A stretch of 64,000 nucleotides of DNA from Eledone cirrhosa (lineage: Eukaryota): positions 3,171 through 67,170 of the forward strand of contig CAXHJY010000492.1 of the NCBI GenBank assembly GCA_964016885.1, given 5' to 3'. The notes beneath the pieces are model-generated. The model was not told where the DNA came from. It saw nothing but the letters and a program-made list of their open reading frames with translations, and ran no database searches. The translations under genes and the position numbers were made by a program. Position 1 is the stretch's first letter. Each line of letters begins with the position of its first letter. Shown here in pieces: positions 55,380-64,000 of this stretch.

Positions 55380-55800
55380 TATTTTGAGGCAAGCCAAAAC
55401 TCTCGCAGCATCACCGCGGGTGATCGCGAGGCTAAGGCGCTGAAACAACCAAGCACCCTCACTGGCATCATCTGATACCTCAGTAAGGCGAATGTCAAGC
55501 ACTTCGATGTCAGAGGCCCAACTCCACCAAACGTGTCTAACGCCACAGGCTGGAAAAAATAAATATTAGATAAATTCAGGTATTTCCGAATTTTATTCCG
55601 TTCGGCAACGGAAGCAGTGATCCCCACATTTACTGTAGCATCCATGATGTGGAAGGAAGCAAAAGAGTCACTGACTGTGGTGTCCCTGATGAGACACCTA
55701 CCTCTTACCCAGGGACAAAGGGTAATTCCCATCATTTCTGGATAATCCAGCCGGCTCCAAAATTGAGAGGATATTTACCCAAACTAGGACCCGTTTAATG
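55380..55800 (-). mobile_element. RLE-type (CRE-like) non-LTR retrotransposon 3' fragment
   Basis: GITLCPWVRGRCLIRDTTVSDSFA, AERNKIRKY, FQPVALDTFGGVGP. Confidence 0.7.
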
Positions 55801-55990
55801 ATCAGATTTAGCTAATGAATTATACAGTCCGTCAAAACATAATCTAGCATGAGTCTGGAACCAAGGGTGTCGGGAAATCGGTGTTGTACTTCAATTAGTT
55901 TCCGTAGCTAAAAGAAAAGTGAAAGCAAAAGACCGGGTGTGACCGATATATAGTAAGAAAGAAGTGAAAGTAAATGCAACACATGTATAT

Positions 55991-56052
55991 AATTTCTGAA
56001 CAAGTATTCCTCCAATAAATTAATTTATTGGAGGAATACTTGTTCAGAAATT
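55991..56052. repeat. Perfect 62-bp palindrome
   Basis: AATTTCTGAACAAGTATTCCTCCAATAAATT is followed directly by its exact reverse complement. Confidence 0.95.
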
Positions 56053-56166
56053 TTAAACTTATTTATCCACATACATTTTTCGGTTGTCTCCAAATGCTGT
56101 TCTGGCATCTTGTCTTCCTGGTTACATCGTATGATCACTCATGTCTGAAATATGGAATCTCCTACA

Positions 56167-57901
56167 CATTAAATTAATTGACCAGGTCATGAAGGTCACA
56201 AAAAAAGTAATAGCGCAACTAATCAGAGAGTGAATTGATCTGGATGAAATGCAGTTCGGGTTTGTGTCAGGTAAAAGTACCACAGATGCTCTTTTCATTG
56301 AACGACAACTACAGAAGTACCTAGCTAAAAGTAAACCCCTATACTTAGCTTTTGTCGACTTGGAGAAAGCCTTTGACAGAGTCCCACGCCCCATTATCTG
56401 GTGGGCTCTCAGAAAACTAGGTGTTGATGAATGGCTTGTGAGAGCTATACAAGCCATGTATAAGGAAACAGTCAGGTTAGAATTAACAACGAATATAGTG
56501 AAGAGTTTAGCGTAAAAGTTGGTGTTCATCAGGACTCCGTTCTTAGCCCCCTCCTATTTATTATTGCCCTTCAGGCTGTAATAGAGGAGTTCAAGACCGG
56601 CTGCCCATGGGAACTCCTATACGCTGATGATCTAACGCTTATAGCTGAATCAATGGCTGAACTAGAGAAGAAATTCCAAACATGGAAGCATGGCCTAGAA
56701 TCAAAAGGCCTTAAAATTAACCTGTCTAAGACTAAAGTTCTAGTATGTAGGATGGGAAATGGCCATGCTCAGTGTGTAGGAAAGGAGTAGGCAGAAACTC
56801 CATTTTATGTCCCAAATGCAAAGTATGGGTGCATAAAAGATGTAGTGGGATCACAGGTAAGCTAAGAATATAGATTTTATATATGGCCGGTGCTCAGGTG
56901 CAATAAGTAGCAGCAAGTGCCCACAGAATACTAGCTCATTCCATTGCACAGATGGTTCTATAGAAATAGTGGACACCTTCCGTTACCTGGGTGACAAAAT
57001 CAGCAGTGGTGGAGGGTGCTCTGAAAGTACAGTAGCTAGAGTCAGAACGGGATGAAAAAAGTTCAGAGAGCTTATACCGCTGTTGGGCCACAAAAGGTTT
57101 CTCTCTAAAAATGAAAGGCAGGCTGTATCATGCCTGCATACGAACAGCAATGTTACATGGCAGTGAGACTTGGGCATTGTGTGCAGAGGATCTACGCAGA
57201 CTGGAGAGGAACAAAGCTTGCATGCTCCGTTGGATGTGCAATAGTAATAGACGTGAACGGCAAAGCATAAATGAACTGAGAAATTAGGAATAAGAGGGAT
57301 CAGATGCTGTTTACTCGAGAGAAGACTACGTTGGTATGGTCACGTGATGCGCATGAAAGACAGCTGTATAAAAAAGTGCAGGGCGATCAAAATAGACAGT
57401 AGCCACGGAGTAGGCAGACCCAGAAAAACCTGGGACGACTTGATAAATTCCGACCTCACACACTTACACCTCTCCAAGACAATGTCACTGGACCGAGATC
57501 TTTGGCGCTACGCAGTAATACAGAAGACCCGCCTTGCCTAAGTGCAAAGCGAAACCTACAGTCAGTGGGCACCTCTTACCAAAATACACCCATCCACACC
57601 ACCCCCCTTCGATGTAAAGATATGTTGGTACCACAACATCCAGTCTTAAATAAATGAGATCGTGTAGGTGTCACAACAAAAATACACACAGTCCACGCTG
57701 TAATGTGGCCATGTAGGTAACACGGTAAAAACCTCCCAGTCCACACTGTAAACGTGGTTGGTGTTAGGAAGGGCATCCAGCCATAGAAAACCCACCAGGC
57801 AGTCCTATACGAGCAAGACAACCAATCTTGCCTCAAGTGGGAAAATTCCCGTCCAAACCCATGCTAGCGTGGAAGATGGACGTTAAACAATGATGATGAT
57901 G
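56167..57901 (+). mobile_element. Second, more decayed copy of the same RTE family, in SNRPF intron 1
   Basis: Collinear with 46328-48365, with stops and frameshifts; a single 3' UTR unit; (TGA)n tail. Confidence 0.93.
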
Positions 57902-59312
57902 AACACTGGAATGCTGCAGTCTCAATTTCTTCAAGAATTATGATTGGCTCTGTTGGAATATCAGTTTCATAGATATTATAGCTAAATTATTCACTATCGT
58001 TTTACTACAAAGACTTCAATGCACTCAACCAATTCAGTTTGGTTTTCATCAGGCCCAATGCTGCACAAAACAAACGTACACCTTAAAAGGGTTCTAGAAT
58101 AACATAGAGCAGCAAACCATCACTTGTTCTGTGGACTTTGTGGCTGGCATTTATTCTGAAACATGATTACAGATGGACAGCCTATGAAGCCATTTTAAGC
58201 ACACTACAGTTCTACATGAGCAAAGATTCACTGTATTATTGAAGTTCATGCAGGTATCCAGCTGGGCTGTTCTAACTTTCCTATTCTTTAATTATGCCAT
58301 CAACTAGATTGTGAAGCATCCCCTGAGATAATTTCCCAGCTGATACTGTAGGGCAAGACTTCAGTGTCCCTGAATTACATTGATATTCAATAAGCCGTTG
58401 AATGCCTCACTTTGTACATATTGCATGTTAATAAGGAGATCAATGCAACCTAGACAAAAATAGTTTCTGATACCATCTGAAATGGCATAACTTTACTAGA
58501 AGTCAATCAATTCAAATCTCTTGACACTACCTTCACTGATGGCCATATTAACCATGCATGCACTGCATTCCATTATCTTTAAAGAAAACTGTTCTAGGTT
58601 GGACATCCATCTGGCCACAAAAATTCACATTTACCAAGCATTTGTTTGCACCATATAGCTGTGAGAAGTGAGCAAGGAGATTGATAAACTTATACAAGCT
58701 GAAAGTATTTTATCACTGTTGCTGTTTCCCTGTTTTCACATTGCATTTCATGTCAGATTCTGAAATTCGTCATTGCCAGTTCTTATTCAAATGACACCTC
58801 CATTGGTTTGGTCACACCCTCAGCCATGCACAAAGTAAACTCATCTACAATCTGTCATACCAGGCACCCTTTGCAGCATGGTGTAAACAGTGAGGTAGGA
58901 AGCTGAAAATGTGGATTAGTATGATCGAGTTGGATCTTGAGTTAATATATGGTATCTACCATATGTAATCACTGAGCATGGGTGGCTTCTGTTTCTAAAT
59001 CTGTGGGTAAACACTGACACAAGTACAATATATATATATCATCATCATCCTGTAACATCTATTTTCCATGCTTGCATGGGTTAGACGAGGCTTGGTTTCT
59101 ACTGCTGGATATCCTCCCTAACCTCAACCAAGTGTGTATTTGGAGCATTAAAAGAAATGATTATCAATGTATTTTAACTCGTAAGTCTTTGCTTTTACTG
59201 ATTATATTTATGTCCTTGAGTAGATCTTCCAGTCAATTACTGGACCAATATTTACAAATCATTATTTTAAATCTTGCTCTCAGTTGTAACTTAATTCCCA
59301 TTTTCTTTTCAG

Positions 59313-59438
59313 ACTATGCCAATTAACCCCAAACCATTTTTAAATGGCTTAACGGGGAAACCAGTCATTATAAAATTGAAATGGGGAATGGAATATAAAG
59401 GCTATCTTGTATCTATAGATGGCTACATGAACTTACAG
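59313..59438 (+). CDS. SNRPF: SmF exon 2
   Basis: cag|[42 protein letters not shown]|gtaaga (Sm1 motif). Confidence 0.96.
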
Positions 59439-61236
59439 GTAAGATCATTTTTCCAATTTTTGCAGCATAATACTGTTAATTCACCAATTTAATTTTAAAA
59501 GTCAAATATGGTACAAATCATGGTCTATAAAGAATGCAACATTCTGTACAAATTAATTCCAAATAAGAGGAATCCTTATTTGAATGGTTTATTAATATCA
59601 ATTCCATTTGACATAATGGTAATCAGCTTAGTTATTGTTGTTTAGCTTTAGATCAACTCTGATAGTGCAAACCTATGATCAAGAACATTTTAGTCATGCC
59701 CATCTCCTCTATCTCAGATATTATTCATAAAATGACTACAATTTCCAGTGTCTTTTTCTCTTCAAGACTACCATGAACAATTTGAAGGCAATCTGGCTGC
59801 AATTTTTTGCATCATATTTCAAGTTAACCACACTCACTTTAATTACCATTGCTCTTGTTTAAAGCAGTGTGCTATATCTACAATTGAGCTGAATAAACTT
59901 TAACTATAGGTCAAGTAGACCTATATATAAGCATTACAGTTTTGACCACTCCTACTTTTTGAGGGAAACTAAGACTATTGTCTAAAATGTCCTTTCCTTA
60001 TTTCAGACAATTGTGTAATTTGAGGGTGGTTTGGCTCACTTCTGCACATCAAGTGACCACATGGTGGCTCCCCAAAGAAGTTCACTTGGCAAACATATGG
60101 TTTCGGGTTTAATCCTACTGCATAGCACCTTAGTCAAATGTTTATTGCTATAGCCCCAGACCAACTAATGATTTATGAGTGAATTTGGTGGAAAGTAAAC
60201 AGTAGGGAAACCCATCATGTGTATGTCTGTCTCTGCATGTGTCTTCATCCCAAATGTTGCCATTTATGTCTCACAGTTTAACAGTTCAGTGAAGATTAGT
60301 GGAATTAAATACCATACTTAGAAGTAAAGTATGGATTGGCATCAGAAAGGGCATCCAGTCATAAAATACTGCATGTAAAAGTGGACATGAAAACATGATG
60401 GATGTATGTTATAGACAGATCTAAACACATTACTTTTATATACCATCATCATCATCATTTTACGTCCGCTTTTCTCTGCTTTTCCATTCATCATGCTCCT
60501 TTGTCATCTCCTCCGTGAGCTTCAGCGGTCTGAAGCCTGCTCTCACTACCTCTGCCCATGTTTTTCATGGTCTTCCTCGGCTGCGTCTTCCTTCTACTGG
60601 GATTTCTTGGCATTTCTTTACCCATCGCTCATCCTCCATGCACACTACAGCCTATCCCTCTTATACATAATTTCTCTCTCAACTCCTCTATGCTTGGTCA
60701 GAAAATAGGTATCTGCTGTCCTATGTTCAATTCTGTTTTGAGATTTCATTAACAGCCAAATGGGTGTAATGGTAACACTTTGGCCTGGTATCCACAGAAA
60801 TACTGTTTGTAAATTAGTTTCACTGATTTGCATATTTAATGCATTTTTAGCAGCTAGTTCAATTAATAAATTATTGGTATATTGTTTTGTTTCAATACTC
60901 TGCTGTACTGCAGAATATAGCTAGGAATATATTATATATGCAAATCAGTTCATCTGATTTACCTTAGCCCTTGCTCACAGTCTATTAGCAGTGTCTCATG
61001 GACAATTCAAAAGGATACTCAGTCATTGTATGATATACTCACAGAATTTTTCCGTGAACAAAGCTTTTGTATATGAATACAAAATATTTAGATCTGTCTA
61101 TTATGTAATGTTGGCTAAAGTTTATAGGTTTATTCTGTAGTATAGCTGAAACAAAACTAATAAAAAAATATAGTGTTTTAAATTTTGTTGCATTTGTATA
61201 AAATATTACTAAAGAAGAATTGTTTAATGTTTACAG

Positions 61237-61301
61237 TTGGCCAACACTGAAGAATACATTGATGGTGCATTAGCTGGAAATTTAGGAGAAGTGTTTTTGA
61301 G
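61237..61301 (+). CDS. SNRPF: SmF exon 3 (GC donor)
   Basis: cag|[22 protein letters not shown]|gcaagt; 65 nt. Confidence 0.93.
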
Positions 61302-61333
61302 GCAAGTCACATTATATTGAATTTTTCCTTTAA

Positions 61334-61542
61334 CCCTTTAGCATTTACATTACTCTATATATATACTATTGTATTTTCGCAGTAAAGGCATTACCTTACA
61401 TAATTATCTTGGATAAATCAAATCTATAAGATTTTGATATTATTTATTTTGAGAATACATTAACATCAGTATGAGTGGCCAGTTTGAACAGAAAGAGGTG
61501 AGAGAATTCTGGACGGATACAGCCGGTTTAAATGCTAAAGGG
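61334..61542. mobile_element. piggyBac-type MITE
   Basis: Perfect 14-bp TIRs CCCTTTAGCATTTA/TAAATGCTAAAGGG with TTAA on both sides. Confidence 0.88.
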
Positions 61543-63367
61543 TTAAACTAATTTTCAAATAACTGAAGTATTGTTGCTGTCATAAACCCCAAAATGTTAG
61601 CCATCTGGAACTCCTTTACATCTCTTTCCCAGAGGAATGAACCTTTTACTATTTAAACTGAACATCAATGACATTAATCTTTCTGGGGCCTGTGAAAACC
61701 ATAGGTACTGTCCCTCCACCAGACCTACCAAATAAAAGAAACCTCAGCTGCTGCCCAAGCTTCATTCTATATACTAATGTTGCTGTAAGGGTTGATGTCT
61801 ACATATATGTAGAATCCACTCATATCTGGATGTTGCATTTGTGCTTCATAGCTATGTTTTTATGTGGAACTCATACTATCAGAACCTGTTAACATTTATT
61901 TCTCAGATTATTGTATTTTATACTTGAAATAAAGTACAGGTTTTGTCCACTGCTCAATTTAAGTTTGTATTACCAGGTGACCTAATTAGTGCTGTAGAAA
62001 ATGTAGAAGAAATATCATCTCTATTGGCACAAAGGGTCCCTTCTCTATCAACAATAAGTAGATTGTATGGAATGAGTTAAGTATGAGCCATTGTATGTGT
62101 AACATTAACTTGAAGTGTGTTTTAGCCATCAAAGCCAAGGCCATACTGAAGTGCTTGTTCTGGTATTAGCATGATGCAAATAGGTAATCAGTGTTAGGTA
62201 AAAATTTGTCGTGTGTTGGTTGAGAAGAAAATGGGAATGTATGATCTGGATGTTGGCCTTCATGAACCAGATAGCAAAAGATAATAGTGGCAACATGATA
62301 TATGGTACAAACTTTCAGGTTGTGGCAACATTTCAAAACAGATGTTAACTCTTATCCTTCTGTAAGGATTTTGCAGAAAATATCAAAGTATGAGATTGCT
62401 AATTCAAATGTTTATGGTATCTCTGCTGGTGGATGTATCATGAAAACTTTGATTTTTGATGTGATGCAGCCATGGTATTGTTTTCTAATGGTTAAACACT
62501 GTATTTGAAATAGATATTGAAGAATTTGGAGGATTTACTATGACAAAAGCACCCAGTCCACACTGTAAATGTGGTTGGCATTAGAAAAGGCATCCAGTTG
62601 TAGACACCAAGCCAGAAACGGTTCAGTGTGAGCATGACACGGTCTCAGAAGATCTGACTTGTCTCAGAACACGACAACCCTTCATGCTAGCATGAAAAAT
62701 GGACATTATATGGTGTTGATGCTTATTAAGATGGTGTTTGTGACATAACTTAGCAAAAGTAAAATTATGTTGGAAGGTTTTAATTTAATTAGAAACCCTT
62801 TAAAATGTGTGGTTCTATTTCATAGAACCAGAGATGGTTTTGGAAGGGTTGGTATCAAAAGGTTTTAAAAAGTGCATACAAAGATGTAAGTTTGACCCTT
62901 TTGATATGAAACTACCCCTGATTCTATAATAGAAAACTTTTTTTAAATATTTATCATCACTACCACTTTGCCTATTTTCCATACTTGCATGGGATAAATA
63001 GATTGTCATGGTCTGAGAGCAGACATGTCAGATGTGCTTTGCATTTTTAACATTGTTTCTGTTAGAAATCCCAATTTAATAAGAAGAAATTTAGTTATAC
63101 TACTAAATCACTGCACATTCTTAATTATTTTCCAAAAGATTTGAAAATCATAGTGTCATTCATTAAAAATCTAACAAGGAAAGGTTTAAAATTTTGTAGT
63201 ATTTCCATCAATCCAAATTGAAACCAACCACAAAATAGAAAATGATAATCAAAAAGCAATTGATAATTAGTTTAAAGCCATACTCTGAAATGTTATTTAT
63301 AAGCTGTTGTTTTCTTTTGTTATTGTACAAGTAAAATTAATATGCTTCTTTTTTTTTTTTGTTTCAG

Positions 63368-63434
63368 ATGTAACAATGTTTTATACATAAGAGGAGTGGA
63401 AGAAGAAGATGAAGAGGGGGAGATGAAAGATTGA
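63368..63434 (+). CDS. SNRPF: SmF exon 4 (terminal)
   Basis: cag|[21 protein letters not shown]; total CDS 267 nt; AATAAA at 63602. Confidence 0.95.
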
Positions 63435-63801
63435 AAGAACGCTGTATTTTTGTCCATAAACTCATTTTTTTATTTCACCTTTATATGACTTTTTATTTAT
63501 TCTATTTTTGCATTTTGCAAGAAAGGATTGCATTACACTCCCATAAGGTCAGTTGGTTTTACTTGGGGATCCTGTTGGATCATTTGGAGGCGATTGCTTC
63601 TAATAAAGTCTCCAGGAAGGCATGTCTACGGATGCTGCCCCACAATCTTCTCAGGAATGTTTTCATATATATATATATATTTATTAAAATAACAGATTAA
63701 AGTTTAAGCAAAGAATCGCTGCTTTCACCCTTAATTATATTTGATATATGTTTATCCTTATCGAGCCCTCTTTGGATTTTAGTCTTCAAATTTATTATTA
63801 T

Positions 63802-63840
<39 letters not shown>

Positions 63841-64000
63841 AGCTGAGCGTCGTATGTATGTATCCTACACACCTCCCTATAGTTTCTTAGCTTTACTCTG
63901 TCTCTCTTCCTTCTCTCTATAATAGATCATTCCCCCTCTCTATAATTTAACTGCTTTACTCTCTCTGTCGCTCTTCACTCTATATGACAACACTGTTTTA

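Noticed and set aside
63705-63770. Minus-strand TCGATAA...GAAA as a variant hammerhead
   Set aside because: Stems II and III do not pair.

Overview
Eukaryotic, AT-rich, microsatellite-laden animal DNA; the repeat content suggests an octopod cephalopod or other mollusc (inference). Three spliced genes were assembled by hand. (1) The last 7 coding exons of an SLC6 nutrient-amino-acid transporter (+, 10382-22457). (2) A complete MED20 (-, 4 exons, 206 aa). (3) A complete SNRPF/SmF (+, 4 exons, 88 aa, one GC-AG intron), head-to-head with MED20 across a 637-bp spacer. Mobile DNA includes a near-intact L1/Tx1-type LINE with one in-frame stop, two copies of an RTE LINE with a PHD-like finger after the RT core, a decayed Penelope-like element, a Helitron, several MITEs and about 20 SINEs. 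The most striking signal, invisible in the ORF track, is about 17 type I hammerhead ribozyme motifs; roughly half are well formed and most sit in small modules beside (TA)n tracts. They include two identical tandem hammerheads 483 nt apart (a retrozyme/circRNA-like unit), inverted hammerhead pairs, and recurrent core variants (U3:A8, U4C, U10.1-U11.1). All RNA structures were paired by eye and none is tested. Nearly all low-complexity ORFs in the track are artefacts.
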